NCBI GenBank assembly: GCA_045588595.1
Contig: JAZNEM010000125.1
Span: 1-39,824 of the forward strand
DNA: 39,824 nucleotides
Origin: Eubacteriales bacterium
GTDB lineage: Bacteria > Bacillota > Clostridia > Oscillospirales > CAG-272
Direction of reading: 5' to 3'
Shown here one piece after another: positions 29,524 to 38,711 of this stretch. The position numbers and the translations under genes are program-made. Position 1 is the stretch's first letter, and every line of letters begins with the position of its first letter. Below the pieces are notes generated by a model. The model was not told the DNA's origin, searched no databases, and worked only from the letters and a program-made list of their open reading frames with translations.

Positions 29524-30255
29524 TTATTTTGCCCCCTGAGAATCTATTACACCACCGAAGCGACGTTTTCTGTTGAGAAAATTATCTATGGCTTCATCTA
29601 CGTCTTTAGCCGTAAGATCGGGCCAAAGTATGTCAGTAAAGTAGAGCTCCGCGTAAGCAGCTTGCCACAATAGAAAATTTGAAATACGAATATCTCCGCC
29701 TGTGCGGATTATAAGATCAAGCTCGGGCGAATCCTTTGTATATAACTCGGAAGAAATATCTTGCTCGGTAATATTTGCGCTGCCTTTAGCCAAGAGCTTG
29801 TTATATGCGTAAACCAACTCGTCGCGCCCACCGTAATTGAGCGCGAGATTTACTATAAATATATTATTGCGGGATATACGTTCGATATGCTCCATTTTTA
29901 TGCGAAGCTTATCCGAAAAAACGTTTTTGTTACCAATAAAAATAAATCTGACGTTATTGTCCGTTAATTCCTTTATACATTCTTCAAGATATTGGTCGAG
30001 AAGCTCAAGAATAGCATCTACTTCTTTTTTCGGACGCTTCCAGTTTTCAGTTGAAAAGACGTAATAGGTAGATGCCTTGATGCCTCTCTCACAACAGTGT
30101 TTCATTATCTTGCGAAAAACGTTTGCACCCGATTTGTGACCGAATTCACGCGGCATCATTCTCTTTTTAGCCCATCTTCCGTTTCCGTCCATAATAAAAG
30201 CGATATGCTTTATCGGGCACTCGTCTATAGCTTGTTGATATTTCGTTTCTTCCAT
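29524..30255 (-). CDS. uppS: Undecaprenyl diphosphate synthase
   Basis: HIAFIMDGNGRWA, FSTENWKR, NYGGRDE, IRTGGDIRISNFLLWQ. Start at ATG 30255 after GGAG. Confidence 0.96.
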   Translation of the reverse strand: MEETKYQQAIDECPIKHIAFIMDGNGRWAKKRMMPREFGHKSGANVFRKIMKHCCERGIKASTYYVFSTENWKRPKKEVDAILELLDQYLEECIKELTDNNVRFIFIGNKNVFSDKLRIKMEHIERISRNNIFIVNLALNYGGRDELVYAYNKLLAKGSANITEQDISSELYTKDSPELDLIIRTGGDIRISNFLLWQAAYAELYFTDILWPDLTAKDVDEAIDNFLNRKRRFGGVIDSQGAK

Positions 30256-30272
30256 ACCAATACTCCAATTAT

Positions 30273-30305
30273 GAAAAATGAGGACGGGCATAAAAACCCG
30301 CCCTT
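30273..30305 (-). terminator. Hairpin terminator or attenuator after frr
   Basis: Minus strand AGGGCGGG-TTTTTATG-CCCGTCCT followed by CATTTTT. Confidence 0.6.
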
Positions 30306-30321
30306 ATTGTAAAAAACAAGA

Positions 30322-30876
30322 TTAGATCTGCATGATATCTTTCTCTTTCTTTGAAGTAACCGCATCTACTTCTTTGATGTACTTATCTGTAAGATCCTGT
30401 ACCGATTTTTCAGATGCTTTCTGTTCATCCTCGGTCATTTCACCGTCTTTTTTCATTTTCTTGCAAAGGTCGTTTGCATCTCTTCTGATATTACGGATAG
30501 CGACCTTGCACTCCTCTCCGAATTTCTGTACCTGCTTTACAAGCTCACGGCGACGCTCCTCGGTCGGTTGAGGAAATACGAGGCGGATCATTTTACCGTC
30601 GTTGCTGGGTGTAATACCGATATCAGACGCAAGGATCGCCTTTTCCATCTCACGAAGAGTGGTTGCATCATAAGGAGTTATAGTTACTGTTTTGGAGTCT
30701 GCAACACGGATATCAGCCATAGAGCTTATAGGTGTGGGAGATCCCCAATATTCAAAGTTTACCTTTGCCAAAACAGCAGTATTAGCCTGACCTGCGCGAA
30801 TGACGGAAAGATTTTCCTCATAAGCGGCGATAGCCTTTTGCATTTTTGTTTCAAAATCCTTGGTATTGAGTTTCAT
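30322..30876 (-). CDS. frr: Ribosome recycling factor
   Basis: IRAGQAN, IGITPSNDG, PQPTEERRRELVK, AIRNIRRDAN. Confidence 0.96.
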   Translation of the reverse strand: MKLNTKDFETKMQKAIAAYEENLSVIRAGQANTAVLAKVNFEYWGSPTPISSMADIRVADSKTVTITPYDATTLREMEKAILASDIGITPSNDGKMIRLVFPQPTEERRRELVKQVQKFGEECKVAIRNIRRDANDLCKKMKKDGEMTEDEQKASEKSVQDLTDKYIKEVDAVTSKKEKDIMQI

Positions 30877-30916
30877 ATTATGTTTCCTCCGTAGTATATG
30901 TAATTTTATATATTTT

Positions 30917-31633
30917 TTATTTGTGTAATTCCGTGCCTATCTTCTCACCCATGACAGCACGGTATATATTCATAGGGTCTTTGAGACCGAACGCATAAAC
31001 GGTTATGTCGTTTTCCATACAGAAAGTCGCGGCGCTGAGGTCAAGTGCCTTCAATTCTTTAGAAATGACTTCTTTATACGTGATCTCGTCGTATCGAACC
31101 GCAGAAGGATCAAGCTTGGGATCTGCACTATAAACGCCATCTATGTTTTTAGCCATAAGAAGCGCATCGGATTCAATTTCTGCAGCGCGAAGCGCAGCTG
31201 CAGTATCGGTTGAAAAATATGGTGAACCAAGACCGCCACCGAATATAACTATATTACCGTTTTCCATGGCTTCAATAGCTTTGGGTGCTGAAAAGCGTTC
31301 TGCAAAAGGCTCCATGCTTATTGCGGTCATGACCTTTACTTTTAGACCGCACTGTATGAAGGTATCCTGAAGAGCAATAGAGTTTATTGTGGTTGCAAGC
31401 ATGCCCATACTGTCTGCACGAACTCGGTTCATACTTCCACCCTGTCTGCCGCGCCAAATATTTCCCGCGCCAACGATAATACCGATCTGAACTCCTTGCT
31501 CTACGCATTTTTTCAGAACTTCTGCAACAGATGAAATAAAATCGAAATTAAGGATACCGTCACAATCGGCAGCCAATGCTTCTCCCGAAAGTTTCAGAAG
31601 AACACGTTTATACTTGGGCGTTAAATTCTGCAT
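30917..31633 (-). CDS. pyrH: UMP kinase
   Basis: KRVLLKLSGEAL, GAGNIWRG, ADSMGMLAT, FSTDTAAALRA. Confidence 0.97.
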   Translation of the reverse strand: MQNLTPKYKRVLLKLSGEALAADCDGILNFDFISSVAEVLKKCVEQGVQIGIIVGAGNIWRGRQGGSMNRVRADSMGMLATTINSIALQDTFIQCGLKVKVMTAISMEPFAERFSAPKAIEAMENGNIVIFGGGLGSPYFSTDTAAALRAAEIESDALLMAKNIDGVYSADPKLDPSAVRYDEITYKEVISKELKALDLSAATFCMENDITVYAFGLKDPMNIYRAVMGEKIGTELHK

Positions 31634-31683
31634 AAATATCAGATACCTTTCAATTAAGATTTATATATTTAAATAACATATAT

Positions 31684-31712
31684 ATTTTACTACATTTTTA
31701 TCGTTTTGTAAA
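31684..31712 (-). promoter_or_regulatory. SigmaA-like promoter of pyrH
   Basis: Minus strand TTTACA, 17-nt spacer, TAAAAT. Confidence 0.5.
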
Positions 31713-31747
31713 CAGTTATTTTTACTTTTTTTCATATTTCGGTAAAT

Positions 31748-32479
31748 TTATTCTAAAAAAGCAATGTTTATGACACTATTGTGCTTTTTTAATTCGCTTT
31801 TTCGCTCATAAAGATCGGGTAAAAAGCTATTTAGCGTTTGATAAAATTCCTTGGAATGATTTGGGTGGATAAAATGAGTAAATTCATGATAAATAATATA
31901 TTCTACGCATTTTGTCGGTAAAAAGATAAGTTGTTTATTAAATATTATCTTATTGTTTTGAGAATGACAGCTTCCCCAACGCGATCTCATTTTTCGAATA
32001 TATATTTCGGGATATGAAACGTTAAGCTGTCTGAAATCCTTTTCATATATATTTGAGCACATTAGTTCAAGTCTTTCTTTTAACGTATCTTCCAGAAACG
32101 ATATAAGTAAATTTTGAATCATTTTAGTATTGCTTGGATCGGGCAAAGAGACTGTAAATTTATCATTTTCTATATAACAAGATTTCCCTTTACCGATTTT
32201 TACTGTTAAAACGTATTTTTTATCAAATACAGGTATAAGAGCTCCGTTTTTCAATTCAAATGTGTTCTCTTTTAAAGATTTATTTAATCGGTCAAGATGT
32301 TTAAATATCCATTTTGAACGAGAATTTATGAATTTTTCGACCGTTTGAGAAGAGACCGTTTGTGGTGCGGAAACCAAAACACTTCCGTCATTTCGTATCC
32401 TCAAGTTTATATTTTTTATATTCTTGCGTAAAAATTCGTAGATAAGTTCACGGTCATTGATTAAAATTTTTCTTTTCAT
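31748..32479 (-). CDS. YgjP/DUF45-type metal-dependent hydrolase (HExxH)
   Basis: KNINLRI, RKMRSRWGSC, EYIIYHEFTH...NHSKEFY. Confidence 0.88.
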   Translation of the reverse strand: MKRKILINDRELIYEFLRKNIKNINLRIRNDGSVLVSAPQTVSSQTVEKFINSRSKWIFKHLDRLNKSLKENTFELKNGALIPVFDKKYVLTVKIGKGKSCYIENDKFTVSLPDPSNTKMIQNLLISFLEDTLKERLELMCSNIYEKDFRQLNVSYPEIYIRKMRSRWGSCHSQNNKIIFNKQLIFLPTKCVEYIIYHEFTHFIHPNHSKEFYQTLNSFLPDLYERKSELKKHNSVINIAFLE

Positions 32480-32512
32480 AAAATCTCTCCAAGCAAAATA
32501 TCACTCAAAAAA

Positions 32513-32541
32513 ATTATAACAGTTTTTTGCGATTTAGTCAA
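32513..32541 (-). promoter_or_regulatory. SigmaA promoter of the DUF45-type gene
   Basis: Minus strand TTGACT, 17-nt spacer, extended -10 TGtTATAAT. Confidence 0.65.
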
Positions 32542-32585
32542 TAAAAAATATTCGCGGAGACTGCTCTCCGCGAATATTTTTTATT
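32540..32585 (-). terminator. Terminator after the M14 peptidase gene
   Basis: Perfect inverted repeat AATAAAAAATATTCGCGGAGA-CTGC-TCTCCGCGAATATTTTTTATT. Confidence 0.85.
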
Positions 32586-33511
32586 TATATAAGTGTTGGT
32601 GTACAGAATAAAAGCTCTCGCATTTTTGCATATATCAAAAAGCAGTCGCTTAACGGCAGCGGATTCTTACCTTTTCCGCATTCTATCGTAAACGATGGAA
32701 TGTTTAATTCCTCGATACACCAATCGGTAAGTCCACAGTACGATGAGTTTTCTTCAGGTAAACACAGTGAATATCCCGACATTTTTGCGAGCCGTTCACC
32801 TATAGCACGCGAGCGAGGGGCTGTCTTTTCACCGCTTGTATAGTATATTTCTTCACCTTGTGAATGAAGGGTAAGTACAGTTCGAATATTTCTGTTGAAT
32901 CTCAAAAAATTGCAAAGAGCTCCAACTTCAGGCTCGCTTTCGGGCATTTCTCCGCTGAAACGAACCGAAGAACCGCCAATGATACCCATTTCTCCCTCAA
33001 GATGCTTATATTCCGCGTATCTACTGTTATAGTTTCTATTAAGGTCAACTCCGCGCGCGTTTGCTTGCCAGCTTGAAAAATCAAGACTTCCGTTATTCAT
33101 TGATATCAAGCGTTCACGTAAAACGTTATCTTCACTTACACCGTTTATCTGATAGTCTACACCGTCGGGATTAAGCATTGGAACAATATGTATGCTTCTG
33201 GTTGAAAACAGATAATTTAACGAATAATCGTATACCTTGTTCCCTCTCGAATAAAGCTCACAAAATTCGTTGATAAAACGCAATAATATGACCGATGTTA
33301 TCCATTCCATTCCATGATGTGAACCCACGTAAACAAGGGACTTTTTTCCCTCTCCAAGCGTTATTAAAGGAATGCTTCTTCCAAGAATACTCTCTCCGAG
33401 CCCTGTTACAGATAAAAACGGATATCTTTCGGAAAGAACGTTGATATAACGCATCATTTTTGCGTGGTCAAGCGGTGTTTTTAATTCTAAAATGTTTTTT
33501 TGTGTGTTCAT
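32585..33511 (-). CDS. M14 zinc peptidase, gamma-D-glutamyl-meso-diaminopimelate peptidase-like
   Basis: GESILGR, HHGMEW (HxxE), PMLNPDG, WQANARGVDLNRNY, SEPE, LHSQGEEIY, FTIECG. Confidence 0.88.
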   Translation of the reverse strand: MNTQKNILELKTPLDHAKMMRYINVLSERYPFLSVTGLGESILGRSIPLITLGEGKKSLVYVGSHHGMEWITSVILLRFINEFCELYSRGNKVYDYSLNYLFSTRSIHIVPMLNPDGVDYQINGVSEDNVLRERLISMNNGSLDFSSWQANARGVDLNRNYNSRYAEYKHLEGEMGIIGGSSVRFSGEMPESEPEVGALCNFLRFNRNIRTVLTLHSQGEEIYYTSGEKTAPRSRAIGERLAKMSGYSLCLPEENSSYCGLTDWCIEELNIPSFTIECGKGKNPLPLSDCFLIYAKMRELLFCTPTLI

Positions 33512-33681
33512 AAATATAGTTATCCTTTTTGTTTATCTTTTTTTGTTCTGATCTAAAAATATGATAAAGATAAAAAAATAATGATCAAAACATAAAATAT
33601 TTACAAATAAATAACCAAATTCTTTTCTTATTGTGATACAATGTAATAGTAATTTAGAAAACAGACTCTATCGGGGGATTT

Positions 33682-34455
33682 ATGCTACATTATTCAAACG
33701 AAACGAAAAATGATATAAAAAAATATCTTGTTTACTTTATGATCGTTGTTTGCTTATGTATGTACGTTATATATACTGCTTTGGCGTGGCTTTATACGCA
33801 AGCATCAACTAACGTTTTATTTATAGGCGGTTGGCTTCCTTTTGTAATGCGACTTTTGCTTGAGCTTATTGACGTTGCGATATTTGCGGGTGCGTATTTT
33901 TGTATTGTTTACGCATTTTTCCGAATATCAATCAAAAAAGCGTGGCTATTCCCTGTTTTATATCTTATATTGTCTTTGTTAAGAAGAGCTCTCACACTTT
34001 TACTTCAATTTGTTCAAGTGCAATATATAGGCAGCGACGATATTTTATCGCTTGTATTATATTATATCTTTGACGTTGTACAACTTTGTATAGTTATTGC
34101 CGTAGTTATATACGAAGTGCGTAAAAGCAGACGTTTTATAAATAATTATAAAGATGCGGGCTTGGATATTCCCAAATTTCTTCCGTTTACAAATGTGTTC
34201 AGCAAAAATAATCCCTTTCAGATGTGTTCGCTCAAATTGGCTATAATGATATCGGGAATAAAGATAGGTACACGTATTGTTTCGGATTTGTATTACGGTG
34301 CTCCTGAAAGCTTGGCGGAAGCTTTAATAATGATTGCGTATTACGCTTCAGACCTGCTTAACGGAGTTATCTTCTATACTATTCTTTGGTTTTTGTTTTC
34401 GAACATAAACAAAAAAGAAACCGCTCTGTTAAATAACAAAGCGGTAGATATTTAA
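33682..34455 (+). CDS. Hypothetical multi-pass membrane protein
   Basis: About 6 hydrophobic helices; no motif recognised; GGGGA RBS-like sequence upstream. Confidence 0.7.
   Translation: MLHYSNETKNDIKKYLVYFMIVVCLCMYVIYTALAWLYTQASTNVLFIGGWLPFVMRLLLELIDVAIFAGAYFCIVYAFFRISIKKAWLFPVLYLILSLLRRALTLLLQFVQVQYIGSDDILSLVLYYIFDVVQLCIVIAVVIYEVRKSRRFINNYKDAGLDIPKFLPFTNVFSKNNPFQMCSLKLAIMISGIKIGTRIVSDLYYGAPESLAEALIMIAYYASDLLNGVIFYTILWFLFSNINKKETALLNNKAVDI
34411..34445 (-). terminator. Terminator for the XRE-TPR gene, embedded in the 3' end of the convergent ORF
   Basis: Minus strand ACCGCTTTGTTA-TT-TAACAGAGCGGT followed by TTCTTTTTT. Confidence 0.65.
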
Positions 34456-34457
34456 AT

Positions 34458-35333
34458 TTACGTCAACATATTTTGAATAAGAGACATTTTATTATTTGAA
34501 TACTCGTATGCGCCTTTAAAATCGCCTATCTCACGGCAGCATATCTCAAGATCGCAGAAAACGAAATAAAGCATAGGCTCGGGAATTATCTCTTGATCTA
34601 TTAATATTTTATGTAATGCGTTATAAGCTGATGAGAAATCACCGATCTTCATACTGTTGCGAGCTTCAATATGTGAGAAATACGGCTTTTCACTGTTAAG
34701 TTCAAGAGATGATCTGTCAACAGAGCCTTCCCGCGCATTTTTTTCGAAAAGAAGCGTATATCTGCAAAATTCGTCTGTCATTGCGGGATATACGTTCAGT
34801 TCTTCCTCATCGACAGTGTTCGAAGAAAGCGTTGCGGATATCATTCTCATATATTTGAAATATGCTCCCGCTTTTGCAAGAATATGCTCGGTGTGATAAA
34901 TAGTCATCGCGCACGCGTCGATAGCCTCATCGAAATAATTACAAGCATTCCTGAGCTTACCAGAATTGAATTCCTCTATGGCGATCTCGAGGTTACACTC
35001 GGCAAGGATAAGCATTATCTCATCGTCACCGTGGCTTTCTGTATGCTGACACATATCTCGGCAAATTCGGTAGTCCTCTGTCATGTATGCCTTTTTTATA
35101 TTCATTATCTCGCTATATTTAAGGTATACTTCCTCGTCGTTGCCTTCTGCGAGCAGAAATCCCGGTGAAACGTTCAAGCGAGCGGCAATATAAAGGATCG
35201 TTCCAAGAGACGGAAGCGCAGCACCGTTTTCTATTCGGCTTAACATATTTCGCGTTATTTCAGTTCCCGCAAGCTCGGATTGCGTCATTAGCTTTGCATT
35301 ACGCAATTTTTTTATTTTTTGTCCAATATTCAT
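34458..35333 (-). CDS. XRE/Cro-type HTH regulator with TPR-like helical C-terminus (RRNPP-like architecture)
   Basis: IGQKIKKLR...MTQSELAG..ITRNMLSRIENGAALPSLGTILYIAARLNV, then helical repeats (ACNYFDEA; GDFSSAYNAL; ICCREIGDFKGAYEY). Confidence 0.85.
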   Translation of the reverse strand: MNIGQKIKKLRNAKLMTQSELAGTEITRNMLSRIENGAALPSLGTILYIAARLNVSPGFLLAEGNDEEVYLKYSEIMNIKKAYMTEDYRICRDMCQHTESHGDDEIMLILAECNLEIAIEEFNSGKLRNACNYFDEAIDACAMTIYHTEHILAKAGAYFKYMRMISATLSSNTVDEEELNVYPAMTDEFCRYTLLFEKNAREGSVDRSSLELNSEKPYFSHIEARNSMKIGDFSSAYNALHKILIDQEIIPEPMLYFVFCDLEICCREIGDFKGAYEYSNNKMSLIQNMLT

Positions 35334-35425
35334 ATTTTAAATTACTCCAACAAAACAAGTATGTAAATTTATTTTACCACAAAATTATTAAAAAATCAAG
35401 TATATCTTTTGAAAGGTTTTTATTT

Positions 35426-36121
35426 ATGTTAATAAAAGGTTTGCAAAAAACTACTCTGCTCGACTTTCCCGGAAAGGTCGCTTGTACTATTTTTACGGGA
35501 GGATGTAATTTCCGTTGCCCGTTCTGTCATAATGCGTCTCTTGTTACAAAGCTTGATAACGCTCCAGATATTTCGGAGCAAGAGGTGCTTTCATATTTAA
35601 GCAAGCGAAAAGGTATTCTTGACGGAGTATGCGTAACGGGAGGAGAGCCTCTGTTACAAACGGATATAATTCCATTTCTTGAAAAAATAAAAGTCCTCGG
35701 ACTCCTCATTAAGCTTGATACGAACGGATCAAAGGCTGAAGTATTGGAAAAAATAATATCGATGGGTCTTGTAGATTATATAGCGATGGATATAAAAAAT
35801 TCATTTGATAAATACGCTATGACCTGCGGTCTTGACGATGTACCACAAAATATAGATAAAAGCATCGATCTTATAATGAATTGCGGAATACCTTATGAAT
35901 TTCGCACAACAGTCGTTAAAGAACTACATGAGGCGGACGATATCAGAAAGATGGCAGAACGCATAAAGAGTGCTAACGGATACTTTTTGCAGGGCTTTAT
36001 AGATTCGGGAGACGTTATTGGCGGAACGTTTTCGGCATATAGTGCTGAAGAAATGGAGAGCTTCGCAAAGATTGCCCGCGAATACGTGCCGAACGCCGCG
36101 CTCCGTGGAATAGAAACATGA
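35426..36121 (+). CDS. nrdG: Anaerobic ribonucleotide reductase activase (radical SAM)
   Basis: MLIKGLQKTTLLDFPG, CNFRCPFCHN (CxxxCxxC), VTGGEP, KLDTNGS and YEFRTT. Start at ATG 35426; adjacent to nrdD. Confidence 0.92.
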   Translation: MLIKGLQKTTLLDFPGKVACTIFTGGCNFRCPFCHNASLVTKLDNAPDISEQEVLSYLSKRKGILDGVCVTGGEPLLQTDIIPFLEKIKVLGLLIKLDTNGSKAEVLEKIISMGLVDYIAMDIKNSFDKYAMTCGLDDVPQNIDKSIDLIMNCGIPYEFRTTVVKELHEADDIRKMAERIKSANGYFLQGFIDSGDVIGGTFSAYSAEEMESFAKIAREYVPNAALRGIET

Positions 36122-36125
36122 CCTA

Positions 36126-36159
36126 CACCCCCACAAATTGTGTTTGTGGGGGTGACTTT
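36126..36159 (+). terminator. Hairpin immediately after nrdG
   Basis: CACCCCCACAAA-TTGTG-TTTGTGGGGGTG (12-bp stem) followed by ACTTT, a short U-tract. Confidence 0.65.
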
Positions 36160-36207
36160 ATACAAGATATAGTGATTTGCGACAAGTTTCGACCCGATAT
36201 ATTGTAG
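36160..36207. promoter_or_regulatory. Tandem NrdR boxes upstream of nrdD
   Basis: ATACAAGATATAGTGA (36160-36175, 13/16) and ACCCGATATATTGTAG (36192-36207, 12/16) against consensus acaCwAtATaTwGtgt, 32 bp apart. Confidence 0.8.
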
Positions 36208-36217
36208 AATCTCACAA

Positions 36218-36246
36218 TTGACATTTGGTTATGTTTGGGGTATAAT
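36218..36246 (+). promoter_or_regulatory. Perfect-consensus sigmaA promoter of nrdD
   Basis: TTGACA, 17-nt spacer, TATAAT; AAAGGAG RBS before ATG 36291. Confidence 0.9.
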
Positions 36247-36290
36247 ATTAATGCTATATCACATAAAACAATTTAAGAAAAGGAGAAAAA

Positions 36291-38669
36291 ATGTATCAGG
36301 TTTTAAAAAGAAACGGCAAAGTAATTGACTTTGACCTCGAAAAGATCTCTCATGCAATAAGACTTGCATTTGAAGCACAGGAAAAACAGTATCACCCCAC
36401 AATTATCGATTTTCTTACTCTTAAGGTAACCGCAGATTTTGAGCCCAAGGTAAAAGAGGGCCTTATCGCTGTCGAGGATATTCAGGACAGCGTTGAGTCC
36501 GTGCTCGTTCAGGCAGGATATGCAGACGTTGTGAAAGCGTATATTCTCTACCGTAAGCAGAGAGAAAAAATGCGTAACATGGAATCTACCATCCTTGACT
36601 ATAAGGAGATAGTTGACAGCTATGTTAAAAACATCGACTGGCGTGTTAAGGAAAACTCTACCGTTACGTATTCGGTAGGAGGACTTATCCTCAGCAACTC
36701 GGGTGCTATCACCGCTAACTATTGGTTGTCCGAAATATATGATGAAGAGATCGCTAACGCTCACAGAAACGCTGACCTTCATATCCATGACTTGTCCATG
36801 CTTACGGGTTACTGCGCCGGTTGGTCTCTCAAGCAGCTCATTCAAGAAGGTCTTGGCGGTGTTACGGGTAAGATAACATCTGCTCCCGCAAGCCACCTTG
36901 CAACTCTTTGTAATCAGATGGTAAACTTCCTTGGAATCATGCAGAACGAGTGGGCAGGCGCACAGGCGTTCTCGTCCTTTGACACTTACCTTGCTCCTTT
37001 CGTCAAGGTTGACAATCTTACCTACGATCAGGTCAAGAAGTGCATCGAATCCTTTATTTTCGGTGTAAATACACCTTCACGTTGGGGAACTCAAGCTCCC
37101 TTCTCTAACATTACTCTTGACTGGACAGTTCCCGCTGACCTTGCTGAGCTCAACGCTATCGTTGGCGGTAAGGAAATGGACTTCAAGTATAAGGATTGTA
37201 AGAAAGAAATGGATATGTTCAACAAGGCGTTCATCGAGACGATGATCGAGGGTGACGCTAACGGAAGAGGCTTCCAGTATCCTATTCCTACCTATTCCAT
37301 TACCTCTAACTTTGACTGGTCCGATACCGAAAACAACAGACTCTTGTTTGAAATGACCTCGAAGTACGGAACACCTTACTTCTCTAACTATATCAACAGT
37401 GATATGGAACCCAGCGACGTAAGAAGTATGTGTTGCCGTTTGCGTCTTGACCTTCGTGAGCTTCGCAAGAAGTCCGGCGGATTCTTCGGAAGCGGAGAAA
37501 GCACCGGTTCTGTCGGTGTTGTTACTATCAACATGCCTCGTATTGCTTACCTTGCTGAAGACGAGGCTGACTTCTATGCGCGTCTTGATCACAAGATGGA
37601 TATTGCGGCTCGTTCACTTAAGATCAAGAGAAACGTAATCTCAAAGCTCCTTGACGAGGGCTTGTATCCTTACACCAAGAGATACCTCGGAACGTTCAAC
37701 AACCACTTCTCTACTATCGGTCTTGTAGGTATGAACGAGGCTTGCCTTAACGCTAAGTGGATAAAGAAGGATCTTACTACCGAAGAGGCACAGGAGTTCA
37801 CCAAGAACGTTTTGAATCATATGCGTGACAGACTTTCCGATTATCAGGAAAAGTACGGTGACCTTTATAACCTTGAGGCAACTCCCGCTGAATCTACGTC
37901 CTACCGTCTTGCTAAGCACGACGTTAAGAGATTCCCCGAAATTATTACCGCTTCCGAAAAGGGCGAGACTCCTTACTATACCAACTCTTCTCACCTTCCC
38001 GTCGGATACACCGCGGATATTTTTGAGGCTCTTGACATTCAGGACGAGCTCCAGACCCTTTATACCTCGGGTACTGTATTCCACGCATTCCTCGGTGAAA
38101 AGCTTCCCGATTGGATGGCAGCTGCAACCTTGGTACGCAAGATCGCAGAAAACTATAAGCTTCCTTATTACACCTTGTCACCTACGTATTCCGTATGTAA
38201 GACTCACGGATATCTTGCAGGTGAAAAGTATACCTGTCCTCACTGCGGAGAAAAGACAGAAGTCTACAGCCGTATTACAGGTTACTACCGCCCCGTTCAG
38301 AACTGGAATGACGGTAAGTCGCAGGAATATAAGGAGCGTAAGCTTTATGATATTCCCTCTTCTATGGCAAAGCGTAACTTTGATAGCGCACCTGCAACAG
38401 AGGCAAAGGAAACAGCTGCATGTGACGTTGCTTGCGGTGACGAGCTTATCCTTTTCGCAACCAAGACCTGTCCTAACTGCAAAATAGCAGAAAAGTTTTT
38501 GAATGACGCGGGGATTGCCTTTGAAAAGGTATATGCTGAAGATGATCCCAAGCAGGTAGCTGAACTCGGTATCAAGAAAGCTCCTGTTCTTGTAATAAAG
38601 AGAAACGGTGTTCTTGTTGACAAGATCGACAACGTTTCGAATATTCGCAAGTTTATTGAACAAAACTGA
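36291..38669 (+). CDS. nrdD: Class III (glycyl radical) ribonucleoside-triphosphate reductase with N-terminal ATP cone and C-terminal glutaredoxin/NrdH-like domain
   Basis: ATP cone (VLKRNG...VEDIQDSVE...YILYR), HIHDL, GYC, finger loop SMCCRL, NLEATPAES, Zn site CKTH...CPHC, glycyl-radical loop RITGY and C-terminal TKTCPNCK redoxin. Confidence 0.95.
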   Translation: MYQVLKRNGKVIDFDLEKISHAIRLAFEAQEKQYHPTIIDFLTLKVTADFEPKVKEGLIAVEDIQDSVESVLVQAGYADVVKAYILYRKQREKMRNMESTILDYKEIVDSYVKNIDWRVKENSTVTYSVGGLILSNSGAITANYWLSEIYDEEIANAHRNADLHIHDLSMLTGYCAGWSLKQLIQEGLGGVTGKITSAPASHLATLCNQMVNFLGIMQNEWAGAQAFSSFDTYLAPFVKVDNLTYDQVKKCIESFIFGVNTPSRWGTQAPFSNITLDWTVPADLAELNAIVGGKEMDFKYKDCKKEMDMFNKAFIETMIEGDANGRGFQYPIPTYSITSNFDWSDTENNRLLFEMTSKYGTPYFSNYINSDMEPSDVRSMCCRLRLDLRELRKKSGGFFGSGESTGSVGVVTINMPRIAYLAEDEADFYARLDHKMDIAARSLKIKRNVISKLLDEGLYPYTKRYLGTFNNHFSTIGLVGMNEACLNAKWIKKDLTTEEAQEFTKNVLNHMRDRLSDYQEKYGDLYNLEATPAESTSYRLAKHDVKRFPEIITASEKGETPYYTNSSHLPVGYTADIFEALDIQDELQTLYTSGTVFHAFLGEKLPDWMAAATLVRKIAENYKLPYYTLSPTYSVCKTHGYLAGEKYTCPHCGEKTEVYSRITGYYRPVQNWNDGKSQEYKERKLYDIPSSMAKRNFDSAPATEAKETAACDVACGDELILFATKTCPNCKIAEKFLNDAGIAFEKVYAEDDPKQVAELGIKKAPVLVIKRNGVLVDKIDNVSNIRKFIEQN

Positions 38670-38675
38670 TATTAA

Positions 38676-38711
38676 AACAATATCCGAAGCGGTAACGCTT
38701 CGGATATTGTT
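38676..38711 (+). terminator. Strong hairpin between nrdD and trxB (terminator or mRNA stability element)
   Basis: 16-bp perfect stem AACAATATCCGAAGCG-GTAA-CGCTTCGGATATTGTT; no clean U-tract. Confidence 0.6.

Noticed and set aside
31748-32479. DUF45/YgjP protein as part of a restriction or defence locus
   Set aside because: This family often accompanies type I R-M loci, but no hsd or other defence genes are in the window and the gene is monocistronic among housekeeping genes.
35165-35425. 87-codon N-terminal extension of nrdG in the ORF track (318 aa)
   Set aside because: It overlaps the XRE gene on the opposite strand; NrdG-like sequence begins at MLIKGLQK (ATG 35426).
36303-38663. Several long antisense and alternate-frame ORFs inside nrdD (147-220 aa)
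   Set aside because: Explained by the strong codon bias of nrdD, which depletes stops in other frames; the translations are not protein-like.
38667-38711. TGA stop of nrdD followed by a hairpin, suggesting selenocysteine read-through
   Set aside because: The TGA falls after a complete redoxin domain, not at a catalytic Cys position, and an in-frame TAA follows two codons later (38673-38675).
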